NCBI GenBank assembly: GCA_934141615.1
Contig: CAKPCM010000002.1
Location: forward strand, 1 to 49,929
Length of the DNA: 49,929 nt
Source: an uncultured Bacilli bacterium
GTDB lineage: Bacteria; Bacillota_I; Bacilli_A; RF39; UBA660
Reading direction: 5' to 3'
Below the pieces are notes generated by a model. That model made no database searches and was not told the origin of the DNA. It saw nothing but the letters and a program-made list of their open reading frames with translations. Within the stretch, counting starts at the first letter, position 1; each line of letters starts with the position of its first letter. Of this stretch, positions 31,918 to 41,502 are shown one piece after another. The translations under genes were made by a program, and so were the position numbers.

Positions 31918-33165
31918 CTATATTGGCGTATTAAGCCAGTTAAGGATTGGGTTAAGTCTGCTTCCTGTATAATAAGATTTCTTATTTATTACAAGGTCAA
32001 ACTCTCCAACATATTCTACCATTTTGTTAGACATTTCAGTCATTAAAGTAGATTCATAATCTTTTTTAAATTCACTAGTTAACCCACCTAAATTAACAAC
32101 TTTATATCCCATTTTAGCGTATTCTTGCATTAGTTGCCACTTAAGTAAGTATTCTGGATATTGATCTTTAAATGTCTCGTTAACACCACTTGCAAAGAAT
32201 GTTACGGTGCTTCCGTATTTAATTACTGCAACTGCTGCGGTAACAAGACCACTAGGATACCTTTGAAAAAGATTACTAGCTTCCAACATATTTTTCTTAT
32301 ATTTAGCAAGCCCTTCATCAGATTTTAGTTTTTCATTTATAATGGCATCTTTATTAGGATTGTTAAAATCTTGCATTTGCATATTTAAATCATTATTTCT
32401 TTGTTCTTCATTTTCATACATTGTTTTACTAGAATTTACATAAGAAATAGGTTCTAATTTATTAAAATATATTTCAAACATGTTTTGCCCATAAAATTGA
32501 TAATAATCTAAATAGTAATCAAGTGGTGGTGTAGTTTTGTTTATTACACTGTAAAGTAAGCTAATGTCATTCATTGAACCACGATAAACACGATTTCCTA
32601 ATTTGGATGCTTCACTTATTTTTTCTCTAGCTTCTTTTGATATCGAATTATATAATGCTATTATGTTACTATCTAAAGCAGTTAGTGCATTCCATCTTGG
32701 TTTAGATGCTTCCATACCATTATTGAACCCCATGTGAATATAACCTAGTCCTTGTAGTTTTTGAACTAAACTTTGATTAGAATCTGAAAGTGTTTTTTCA
32801 CTCCCATCTATGTTATGTTCCTTATATACTACCATAGGATCTACCTTAACATAAGTAAAGTTCCTTTTAGATAAAAAGTCCTTTAATTTTTCGGTAAATT
32901 CTTTTACTAAATCATCGTTATTCCAATCTATTAAAAAACCTCTTGGGGCATATCCCATTTTTCTTTTTTCTTTAGCATCATTTTTAACAATAATTAAAGT
33001 TGCGGCCTTAATTTCACCATCATCAGCAGCGAGGCCTAAATAATAAGCATTGTGTCCATGCTTAGTCATAAGCCTACCATAATTACTTGTTTGATAATAG
33101 TTGTGATTAGGGTGAGAAATTGCGAATTGATCAAATCTAGCTTCATCAAGTAATATAATTTGCAT
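31918..33165 (-). CDS. FemAB/FemX-family peptidoglycan interpeptide-bridge aminoacyltransferase
   Basis: 415 aa with typical FemABX N-terminus (FDQFAISHPNHNYYQTSNYGRL...YYLGL), a central coiled-coil insert and a GNAT-like C-terminal half. Confidence 0.85.
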   Translation of the reverse strand: MQIILLDEARFDQFAISHPNHNYYQTSNYGRLMTKHGHNAYYLGLAADDGEIKAATLIIVKNDAKEKRKMGYAPRGFLIDWNNDDLVKEFTEKLKDFLSKRNFTYVKVDPMVVYKEHNIDGSEKTLSDSNQSLVQKLQGLGYIHMGFNNGMEASKPRWNALTALDSNIIALYNSISKEAREKISEASKLGNRVYRGSMNDISLLYSVINKTTPPLDYYLDYYQFYGQNMFEIYFNKLEPISYVNSSKTMYENEEQRNNDLNMQMQDFNNPNKDAIINEKLKSDEGLAKYKKNMLEASNLFQRYPSGLVTAAVAVIKYGSTVTFFASGVNETFKDQYPEYLLKWQLMQEYAKMGYKVVNLGGLTSEFKKDYESTLMTEMSNKMVEYVGEFDLVINKKSYYTGSRLNPILNWLNTPI

Positions 33166-33304
33166 ATTAATCCCTCCCTTTTATTCTAAGATAATATTAT
33201 ACCTTAAAATACTATATAAAGTCAATTTACATATTTTGATAAAAATATTAATTTAATGACGCTATAGTGGTATAATAAGCTTATAAGAAAGGTAGGCGTA
33301 AAAT

Positions 33305-34534
33305 ATGAAAATAGCTAATGTAAAAGCAAGAGAAATACTTGATTCAAGAGGAAATCCTACTGTTGAAGTGGACGTTACTTTAGAAAATGGAATAATGGCA
33401 AGGGCATGCGTTCCATCTGGAGCATCAACCGGTGTGCGTGAAGCTCTTGAAATGCGTGATAATGATACAACAAGATTTAACGGTAAGGGAGTATTAAACG
33501 CCGTTAAAAACGTAAATGAAAAAATAAGACCAGTAGTAGTTGGTATGGATGTTAAAGACCAATATAGCATCGATAATGCCATGTTAGAGTTAGATGGTAC
33601 TAAAACAAAAAGTAATTTAGGTGCTAACGCAATATTAGGCGTTTCTATGGCTTGTTTAAAGGCTGCTGCAAAAGAAAGTGGTATGCCTTTATATAAATAT
33701 GTTGGAGATGGAAAAACACTTCCAATTCCAATGATGAACATATTAAATGGTGGTGCACATGCTGATAACAAGTTAGACTTTCAAGAGTTCATGATAATCC
33801 CACAACGAGATAATATTCATGAGAGAGTAAGAGTTGGTTCAGAAGTATTCCACGCTTTAAAAAGCGTATTAAACGAAAAGAAATTATCGACTGGAGTTGG
33901 TGATGAAGGTGGTTTTGCTCCTGACTTAGATTCAAATACAGAAGGTTTTGAACTTATTATGGAAGCTATTAAAAAAGCTGGGTATACGCCTGGTGTTGAC
34001 GTAAAACTAGCAATAGATGTTGCAGCATCGGAGTTTTATAGTGATGGTAAGTATAATTTAGTAGGAGAAGGAAGAAGTCTTTCTACTGACGAATTAATAG
34101 ATTTCTATAAAGAGTTAGTAAGTAAGTATCCTATTGTTTCGATAGAAGATCCTGTAGATGAAAATGACTGGGAAGGTTTTGCTGAAGTTACTAAAGAATT
34201 AGGAGATAAAGTTCAATTAGTTGGCGATGATCTTTTTGTTACAAATAAAGAATGTTTACAAAAAGGCATCGATATGAAAGCAGGAAATGCAATTCTTTTA
34301 AAGGTAAACCAAATAGGTACTATAACAGAGACTTTAGAAACAATTAAATTAGCTAAAGAAAATGGTTATAAAACAATAATATCTCACAGAAGTGGTGAAA
34401 CAGAAGATACAATAATAGCAGATTTAGCTGTAGGTCTTGATTTAGGTCAAATAAAAACAGGCTCTATGTCTAGAACTGATAGAATATGTAAATATAACCA
34501 GTTAATGAGAATTGAAGAAGAACTAGAAGGCTAG
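33305..34534 (+). CDS. eno: Enolase
   Basis: [42 protein letters not shown]. Confidence 0.97.
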   Translation: MKIANVKAREILDSRGNPTVEVDVTLENGIMARACVPSGASTGVREALEMRDNDTTRFNGKGVLNAVKNVNEKIRPVVVGMDVKDQYSIDNAMLELDGTKTKSNLGANAILGVSMACLKAAAKESGMPLYKYVGDGKTLPIPMMNILNGGAHADNKLDFQEFMIIPQRDNIHERVRVGSEVFHALKSVLNEKKLSTGVGDEGGFAPDLDSNTEGFELIMEAIKKAGYTPGVDVKLAIDVAASEFYSDGKYNLVGEGRSLSTDELIDFYKELVSKYPIVSIEDPVDENDWEGFAEVTKELGDKVQLVGDDLFVTNKECLQKGIDMKAGNAILLKVNQIGTITETLETIKLAKENGYKTIISHRSGETEDTIIADLAVGLDLGQIKTGSMSRTDRICKYNQLMRIEEELEG

Positions 34535-34546
34535 TTCTTTTTTTTG
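34520..34546 (+). terminator. Rho-independent terminator after eno
   Basis: GAACTAG/CTAGTTC hairpin (contains the eno stop codon) followed by T9. Confidence 0.75.
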
Positions 34547-34598
34547 TTTACAGGTCGGTTTTGAGTTTACAAGTTCTTTGCACAATATAATAAAAAAC

Positions 34599-34626
34599 TT
34601 GACGGGGGGGGGGTATATGATATTAT
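34599..34626 (+). promoter_or_regulatory. Candidate promoter of the atypical sigma operon, with poly-G in the spacer
   Basis: TTGACG (34599-34604), 16-nt spacer (nine further Gs then TATATGA), TGaTATTAT extended -10 (34618-34626). SD AGGAGG sits 8 nt before the ATG at 34669. Confidence 0.5.
34604..34613 (+). repeat. G10 homopolymer tract
   Basis: Counted directly: GAC GGGGGGGGGG TAT. It stands out in a genome this AT-rich. Confidence 0.95.
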
Positions 34627-34668
34627 AAACATAGAAAATTTTATAAATTTCACATAGGAGGAATTATT

Positions 34669-36864
34669 ATGAATGATACTCAGTTAATTGATATGATAAA
34701 CAAAAATGTAGAAAACGAAAACGGTAAAAAAAGTATTTCTTATGAAAAACTTGATGATGTTTTCTTAACCGATCTATCAGAAGATGATATTAATAAATTA
34801 TATGATATTCTTGAAGAGGAAAATATTGAAATTAAATCTGATAATTTAGATAATGATAATGTTTATTATGATATAGATAAAGATGCTCCTATGTTAGATG
34901 GCGTTAAGAATTATTTAAGGTTAATAGGGCAATATCCGTTGTTAACTGCTGAAGAGGAGGTATATTTAGCAGAGCAAATTAAACTTGGAAGCAAAGAAGC
35001 ACGTGATAAATTAATAAATTCTAACCTTAGATTGGTTGTATCAATAGCAAAAAAATATAATACAACAATCATGACAATGGATGATCGAATTCAAGAAGGT
35101 AATTTAGGACTTGCAAAAGCAGTTGAAAAATTTGATCCAACTAAGGGTTATAAATTTTCTACATATGCGACTTGGTGGATAAGGCAAGCTATAACAAGAT
35201 CGATCGCAGATAAAGAAAAATTAATTAGATTGCCGGTTCACTATACAGAAGAATTAAGAAAGGTTCAAAAGTTTATTAAAGAATACGAACACAAAAACAA
35301 CGTTTATCCTACAAAAAATGAAATAGCAAAAGGATTAGATATGAGTACCAAAAAAGTAGAAGATATATTAAAAAATTCTCTTGAGGTAAGTTCATTAAAT
35401 AAACCCGTTGGTGAAGATGAGGATTCAGCATTAGAGGATTTTATATCAGACGATTCCTTACCAATAGAAGGATTGACAGAAGATAAGTTTCTAGGAAAAG
35501 ATATAGAAAAAATGCTTAAAGATGTAGCTAATTATGGAAACAAAAATGAAAACACAAAAATAGCAAAAGATGAGATAATAGAAAATTTAGAATTAAAAAA
35601 GAAAAGTGAATTAGAGTATCTATTTGGTTATAAGGGCTTAATAACAGATGTTTATGGTTATGGTTTTTCTAAAAAAACAAAAGAAAAATATAATTATATA
35701 AATTTTATACCATCAGAAGAAAATAAGATTATATTTAATAATGAAAAGAAAGAGGCATATGAGTTATATTCATTAAAGAAACTTCTTTCTTTTGAGGGAT
35801 TAGTAACAGATGTTTATGGTTATCACTTATCAGAATCATTTAAAAATCAGTATCCATATGTAAAGTTTTATGATGGAGATATAAAAAAAGTTATGGTAGA
35901 TCATTATAGGAAAAATGAGATTATTCTTGAATCAAGAATAAATAAAACTATGACCTTACAAGAATTAGGAATTATGTTCGGACTTACAAGAGAAAGAATA
36001 AGACAGTTAAATAGTAAAATGATAGATAGATTAAAAAGAAATATATTATATGGTAAGACCTCAATAGAAAAGGGAATTTATGAAAAAGAAAAATTAAGGC
36101 ATGAGGTAATCAAAGCCACTGACGAAATTAAAGATTTTGTAAATTTATATGGTACTGGCTTGACTCTTTACGAAGTAGATTGTGCTTTTGAATTAGATAA
36201 AAGATATGAAACATTAAATAACATAATCAAATCTATATATGGAAAAATTCAGATAATAAAAGATGAATGTATTAAAATTTCAGGTAGTAAAGAAGTTACA
36301 AAAGAAGAATTACTTGCATCATTAGAAAAAATAAAGGAAAATTTAAAATTAGAAAAGAAAAAGCAAGAAGCAATTGTTAAAGAAAAAAAATTAACTGAAA
36401 GACACACTCAAAAATATGAAGAATTAGATGCAAAAGAAAAAGAATGCGTAAAAATGATATCTTCAATTGATAAAAAAATATTAAATATTTTAATTAGTAA
36501 TGCAGAAGCTTTATCTAATGATTCAAATATAAATATTAATAAATTTATTAATAATATTTATATGCCTGTTGGTACTATATTTGAGGGTATTAATTTAAAG
36601 AAAACACCGTATAAAGATATATTATTAAGTCTATCCTCTAGTAATATAGTTCTATTAGAGGAAGTTAGGGCTAAAACAATGTATATGAGTGAAAAGAAAG
36701 ACATTAAATTTTTAGAATCTATCAATGATGAGTCTCAATCTGATATAAAAAAATGTTTTGTTCACAAAGTAGTAGATGAAGTAAAACGAAAGGGATATTC
36801 TATACAAGAATATATTGATTTAAAACAATATATTAATTTGGAAGAAGAAAATAAAATTAAATAA
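34669..36864 (+). CDS. Atypical 731-aa sigma-70 family (RpoD/group 1-2-like) sigma factor with internal insertion and long C-terminal extension
   Basis: Region 1.2 VKNYLRLIGQYPLLTAEEEVYLA. Region 2 NLRLVVSIAKKY...DRIQEGNLGLAKAVEKFDPTKGYKFSTYATWWIRQAITRSIADKEKLIRLPVH. Region 3 present. Region 4.2 TLQELGIMFGLTRERIRQLNSKMIDRLKR at aa ~429-457. About 130 aa are inserted at aa ~285-415 and ~270 aa follow region 4.2. Confidence 0.85.
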   Translation: MNDTQLIDMINKNVENENGKKSISYEKLDDVFLTDLSEDDINKLYDILEEENIEIKSDNLDNDNVYYDIDKDAPMLDGVKNYLRLIGQYPLLTAEEEVYLAEQIKLGSKEARDKLINSNLRLVVSIAKKYNTTIMTMDDRIQEGNLGLAKAVEKFDPTKGYKFSTYATWWIRQAITRSIADKEKLIRLPVHYTEELRKVQKFIKEYEHKNNVYPTKNEIAKGLDMSTKKVEDILKNSLEVSSLNKPVGEDEDSALEDFISDDSLPIEGLTEDKFLGKDIEKMLKDVANYGNKNENTKIAKDEIIENLELKKKSELEYLFGYKGLITDVYGYGFSKKTKEKYNYINFIPSEENKIIFNNEKKEAYELYSLKKLLSFEGLVTDVYGYHLSESFKNQYPYVKFYDGDIKKVMVDHYRKNEIILESRINKTMTLQELGIMFGLTRERIRQLNSKMIDRLKRNILYGKTSIEKGIYEKEKLRHEVIKATDEIKDFVNLYGTGLTLYEVDCAFELDKRYETLNNIIKSIYGKIQIIKDECIKISGSKEVTKEELLASLEKIKENLKLEKKKQEAIVKEKKLTERHTQKYEELDAKEKECVKMISSIDKKILNILISNAEALSNDSNININKFINNIYMPVGTIFEGINLKKTPYKDILLSLSSSNIVLLEEVRAKTMYMSEKKDIKFLESINDESQSDIKKCFVHKVVDEVKRKGYSIQEYIDLKQYINLEEENKIK

Positions 36865-36875
36865 TGGAGGCAAAA

Positions 36876-37904
36876 ATGAAAGAAAATATAAGTGAAATAG
36901 CACAATATGTTTATGATAATCTATCTCACGGCGATTTTTCAATGAATGAATTGAATGAGATTTTAGAAAAGGATAATATTATATTAAATAATAAACAGTT
37001 AGGGAGGTTAATTTCTGAGTTAAGAAAGTATGGGTTAACCCTTGATGATACATTAGAAATTTATGATAAAGATGATCATACTAATAGTCACATTTCTTAT
37101 GATAATGCAGAATATGGTGAAAATTCAAACTATGTACAATCTTTATCAGAAGATGAATTACAATTAAGTGGTGCTGTTAAAAAATCAATTCCAGAAAATT
37201 TTGTTAGTTCGTTGAGTATTAAAGAGGCTATAACTGACAAAAAAATAGATAAATTTATTAAGTTTATGGAAATTCAACCAGTAGAACTTGCTAAAAAGGT
37301 AAAGAAAGAAATTTTGCAAGAAGTAAATGTTAATGCAGATAAAAAAATAGAGTTATCAAAATGTAGCGAATTTATGAAAAAATGTGTGGATAAATATTTT
37401 GCAAAAATTAATGTTAAAAATAATGTTATACCAAGAATTAAGAAAATACTTAAAAGTAGAGGAATAGAAAATAATATAGGAATAGAAGATTATGTGACAA
37501 GAAAGTTTAATGATAATGAATCATTATTGTTATCATTTAATTCTTATGATGATTTTTATAAAAAACAAGTAGAAGAATTATTAATAGAAGGTTATTTAAC
37601 ATATTTAAATTATTTATATTCACTAGCAAATGTAAAAATGCACGATGTTAAAGTAAATGATATGTTAGATAATTTACTTAAAGTTAAAGAATCTGATAAA
37701 GAAGAAATGCAGAAATTTAATAATGAACATCCTATTTTGGATGATATTGAAACTCAAGTGAAAGTTCAAGATGCTAATAATGCTCGTGCACAAGCTTCAA
37801 TTAACGCAGCTATTGAAGAATTAGGACCTAATGCGTCTAGTGAAGAAATAAGAAAAAGAAGTTTGGAAATATTAAATGATACTACACCAAGTAAATCTAA
37901 ATAA
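36876..37904 (+). CDS. Hypothetical soluble protein co-transcribed with the atypical sigma factor
   Basis: The ATG at 36876 lies 5 nt after GGAGG (36866-36870). An alternative ATG at 36864 overlaps the sigma stop (TAATG). No TM segment and no recognised family. Confidence 0.6.
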   Translation: MKENISEIAQYVYDNLSHGDFSMNELNEILEKDNIILNNKQLGRLISELRKYGLTLDDTLEIYDKDDHTNSHISYDNAEYGENSNYVQSLSEDELQLSGAVKKSIPENFVSSLSIKEAITDKKIDKFIKFMEIQPVELAKKVKKEILQEVNVNADKKIELSKCSEFMKKCVDKYFAKINVKNNVIPRIKKILKSRGIENNIGIEDYVTRKFNDNESLLLSFNSYDDFYKKQVEELLIEGYLTYLNYLYSLANVKMHDVKVNDMLDNLLKVKESDKEEMQKFNNEHPILDDIETQVKVQDANNARAQASINAAIEELGPNASSEEIRKRSLEILNDTTPSKSK

Positions 37905-37964
37905 TTCCTGGTTGAAATACATATTATAATATGATAAAATAAGTAGTAGCTAGGAGGGATACAT

Positions 37965-38174
37965 ATGCTTACAGTGTTAATGATTGTATCTGTTTTACTT
38001 ATTATTATAGTATTACTTCAAAGTGAGAAGGCTGAGTCTGGTAATATAATTACTGGTGGTAATGCTGATTTATTTATGAACAGAAAAGAACGTGGAGGAG
38101 AGCTATTTATTACTAGGTTAACTTACGTTTTAGGGATTTTATTCTTTATTTTGTGTATAATTATAGACATGTAG
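37965..38174 (+). CDS. secG: Preprotein translocase subunit SecG
   Basis: 69 aa, two TM helices, VLLIIIVLLQSEKAESG signature; synteny with rnr-smpB-ssrA. Confidence 0.85.
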   Translation: MLTVLMIVSVLLIIIVLLQSEKAESGNIITGGNADLFMNRKERGGELFITRLTYVLGILFFILCIIIDM

Positions 38175-38176
38175 TT

Positions 38177-38206
38177 AAAAAAGGCTTTATTAATAGCCTT
38201 TTTTTG
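38177..38206 (+). terminator. Rho-independent terminator after secG
   Basis: AAAAAGGCT/AGCCTTTTT hairpin followed by T-run. Confidence 0.75.
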
Positions 38207-38240
38207 TTTTATAATATATATAGAAAGATAGGTGGAACTT

Positions 38241-40379
38241 ATGAAAGATAGAATACTAAATATTTTAGAAGAGGAAGATAGAGCGTATACTGCAATTGAA
38301 CTTAAAGATATACTAGGTTTAAATACTACTGAAGAAGTAGAAGAGATGCTAAAAGTGCTAAATGAATTAGAAAGCAATTTAACAATATATCATACGAACA
38401 AAGATAAATATATGGCTTTTTGCTATAGTCATTTAAAAAAAGGTAAGATATCTGTTTCAGATAAAGGCTTTGGTTTTGTATTAATGGAAAGTGAAGATGA
38501 TATTCACGTTGATGCTAAACATTTAAATGGTGCGATAGATGGTGATATGGTAATTGTAGAAATTACTAATAAAAATACTGGTTCTAAAAAAGAGGGACGA
38601 GTACTTAGAATAGCATCTAGAAATTATGGGCCAATAGTAGGTGAGTTTAAATTTATAGATGATATGCCAACAATTATTTCAAATGATAAGAAGTTTAAAC
38701 AAAAAATAGTTTTAACTAAGGAAAGTACAAAAGACTGTGTAGAAGGCCATATTGTGGTTGCAAACGTTATTAAGGAGCTTGATAGAAATACTGTTTTAGC
38801 AGAAATAACAACCATTATAGGTCATAAAAATGACGTTGGTGTTGATGTTGAGGCAATCGTTTATAAACATATGTTTTCTCCTAAATTTCCTGATGAAGTT
38901 TTAGAAGAATTAAAAGATATACCAGATTCTGTAAGTGATGATGACAAAAAGGGAAGACGTGATTTAACTGACGTTACAATATTTACAATAGATGGTGATG
39001 ATACAAAGGATATAGATGATGCTATTTCGATAAAAAAACTTGCTAATGGAAATTACGAGTTAGGTGTTCATATAGCAGATGTTTCATATTATGTTAAACC
39101 GGGTACTCATCTATATGATGAAGCATATGAAAGAGGTACTAGCGTTTATTTAGTAGATAGGGTAATACCTATGCTTCCTCATAAGTTGTCTAATGGTATA
39201 TGTTCACTTAATCCCGGAGTAGAACGTTTGGCACAAAGTTGTGTAATGGAAATAGATAACAAAGGAAATGTTGTTTCTCATGACATATTTGAAAGTGTTA
39301 TTAAATCAAGAATTCAAATGACTTATAAAAAGGTTAATAAATGGTTAGATGAAGGTATTGTAGAAGATGGATATGCTCCTTTTACAAGCGATTTATCACT
39401 AATGAAAGAATTAGCAGATATTATAAGACATAATAGAGAAGCTCGTGGTGCGATTGATTTTGATACTGACGAAGCTAAAATAATTTCAGATGATACTGGA
39501 AAACCAATAGATGTAGTTTTAAGAGAACGTGCATCTGGTGAAAAAATGATAGAAGACTTTATGATAGCTGCCAATGAAACGGTTGCATCACATATATTCT
39601 ATATGGATTTACCATTTATATACCGTGTTCACGGAACTCCAAAGGAAGAAAAAGTAAATGACTTTTTGGATTTCGTAAGTTCTTTGGGTTATAAAATAAC
39701 AGGTAAAGTAAACATTAAGTATCCATCTTCAATAGAAAACGTGTTAAGTCAATTAAAAGATAAAAAAGAATATAAAATATTAGCATCACTTATGCTTCGT
39801 GCAATGCAAAAGGCCGTATATCAAACGGACAATATAGGTCATTTTGGACTTGCTAGTAAAATATATACTCACTTTACTTCACCAATTAGAAGATTTCCAG
39901 ATACAACGGTACATCGTCTTTTAAGAACTTATTTGTATAATGGTGATGAATCTAAGAAAACGACTGATTACTTTAGAGAGTATTTGCCACAACTTGCAGA
40001 ACATTCATCATTAAAAGAAAGAGATGCAATAGACTGTGAAAGAGAAGTTGAAGACATGAAGATGGCTGAGTACATGATGGATCATATTGGAGAAGAATTT
40101 ACTGGTATGATAAGTGGTGTTACATCATTTGGTATGTTTGTTGAACTACCTAATATGATAGAAGGTTTAGTTCATATAACTGATATTAAAGGAGACTATT
40201 ATAATTATGATGAAAGAACAATGTCTTTAGTAGGTCAGAAAACAAAAAGAAGATATAGAATTGGTGATACAGTAACAGTAATTTGCAAAAGTGCATCAAA
40301 AGAAGAAACTTTTATAGATTTTGAAATAAAAAAGGAAGAAGTAAATAATGAAGAAAAAGAAGCTAAAAACGTGGGTTAA
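38241..40379 (+). CDS. rnr: Ribonuclease R
   Basis: Cold-shock-like domains, RNB domain (TIDGDDTKDIDDA, HFGLA...YTHFTSPIRRFPD), C-terminal S1 domain. The ATG at 38241 follows AGGTGGA. Confidence 0.93.
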   Translation: MKDRILNILEEEDRAYTAIELKDILGLNTTEEVEEMLKVLNELESNLTIYHTNKDKYMAFCYSHLKKGKISVSDKGFGFVLMESEDDIHVDAKHLNGAIDGDMVIVEITNKNTGSKKEGRVLRIASRNYGPIVGEFKFIDDMPTIISNDKKFKQKIVLTKESTKDCVEGHIVVANVIKELDRNTVLAEITTIIGHKNDVGVDVEAIVYKHMFSPKFPDEVLEELKDIPDSVSDDDKKGRRDLTDVTIFTIDGDDTKDIDDAISIKKLANGNYELGVHIADVSYYVKPGTHLYDEAYERGTSVYLVDRVIPMLPHKLSNGICSLNPGVERLAQSCVMEIDNKGNVVSHDIFESVIKSRIQMTYKKVNKWLDEGIVEDGYAPFTSDLSLMKELADIIRHNREARGAIDFDTDEAKIISDDTGKPIDVVLRERASGEKMIEDFMIAANETVASHIFYMDLPFIYRVHGTPKEEKVNDFLDFVSSLGYKITGKVNIKYPSSIENVLSQLKDKKEYKILASLMLRAMQKAVYQTDNIGHFGLASKIYTHFTSPIRRFPDTTVHRLLRTYLYNGDESKKTTDYFREYLPQLAEHSSLKERDAIDCEREVEDMKMAEYMMDHIGEEFTGMISGVTSFGMFVELPNMIEGLVHITDIKGDYYNYDERTMSLVGQKTKRRYRIGDTVTVICKSASKEETFIDFEIKKEEVNNEEKEAKNVG

Positions 40380-41502
40380 GGTTTTAATTCATATAATATT
40401 ATTATCTATCATAATATACTTAGGACTTTTCATTTATAAAAAGTTTGATATGGATAACCAAAAGGATAATAAAAAGCAAAAGGTAACAACAAAAAGTACT
40501 GAAGCTAAAAAAGAGTCAAACGAGCTTTCCATGGTTATGGTAGGAGATTGCTTGATTCACAGATTCATATATAATGATGCTTCAAATGGTGATGGAACAT
40601 ATTCTTTTGATAGTATGTTTGATGAGGTTTCTCCATTAATTAAAGGACATGATTTAGCCTTTTATAACCAAGAGAGTATAATAGGTGGTAAAAATTTAGG
40701 CCTTTCAGCATATCCAAGATTTAATTCTCCTGAAGAAATAGGAGATACAATGGTTAACTTAGGTTTTAATTTAGTTAGTTTAGCTAATAACCATACCATG
40801 GATAAGGGAGAAGTAGGAGTAATTAATTCGGTGAATTATTGGAAAACTAAGCCGGGAGTTTACTATTCTGGTCAAGCACTTTCATCATCTGACAGAGAAA
40901 GCAATATAAAGGTAGAAGAAAAAAATGGTATAAAGTACGCTTTTCTAGCTTATACATCAGTTACAAATGGTCTTTTACCTCCTAGTGGTAAAGAATACTT
41001 AACTAACATTTATTCTAAGGAAAAGGCCCAAAAAGATATTAATAAGATAAAGAATAAAGTAGATTTAATAATTGTATCAATGCACTGGGGAGAAGAATAT
41101 GTAACAACTCCAAATAATTCTCAGAAGCAAATAGCAAAAGAATTATCTGAGATGGGTGTAAATTTAGTTATAGGAAATCACGCTCATATGATAGAACCAG
41201 TAGAGAAAATAAACGATACCTTGGTATTTTATGCACTTGGTAATTTTATTGCAGCACAAGATACTAATGATAAGCAAACGGGTGCTTTAGTAACTTTAAA
41301 TATAAACAAGGATAAAAATGGTAAGATAACCTTTAGTAACGTAAAAGCAAATCTTTTATATACTTATTTTAAAGGTAGCCATAACTTTAAGGTGTATCCT
41401 TATACAAAATTAAATAATAGTCTTTTAAATAATTATGAAACATACTATAATAAGTACAAAGGTGTTTTAACTAAGTATACCAACATAGTAGAGGTGGAAT
41501 AA
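40348..41502 (+). CDS. CapA/PGA_cap-family metallophosphatase-like membrane-anchored protein
   Basis: N-terminal TM; [31 protein letters not shown] motifs. Overlaps the rnr 3' end by 32 nt. Confidence 0.82.
   Translation: MKKKKLKTWVKVLIHIILLSIIIYLGLFIYKKFDMDNQKDNKKQKVTTKSTEAKKESNELSMVMVGDCLIHRFIYNDASNGDGTYSFDSMFDEVSPLIKGHDLAFYNQESIIGGKNLGLSAYPRFNSPEEIGDTMVNLGFNLVSLANNHTMDKGEVGVINSVNYWKTKPGVYYSGQALSSSDRESNIKVEEKNGIKYAFLAYTSVTNGLLPPSGKEYLTNIYSKEKAQKDINKIKNKVDLIIVSMHWGEEYVTTPNNSQKQIAKELSEMGVNLVIGNHAHMIEPVEKINDTLVFYALGNFIAAQDTNDKQTGALVTLNINKDKNGKITFSNVKANLLYTYFKGSHNFKVYPYTKLNNSLLNNYETYYNKYKGVLTKYTNIVEVE

Noticed and set aside
33262-33771. 169-aa minus-strand ORF overlapping the eno 5' half
   Set aside because: It is a shadow ORF antisense to enolase. 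It would also overlap the eno promoter region, and it has no recognisable motifs.
38123-38377. 84-aa minus-strand ORF spanning the secG 3' end, its terminator and the rnr 5' end
   Set aside because: It crosses a terminator and two well-supported genes, so it is a shadow ORF.
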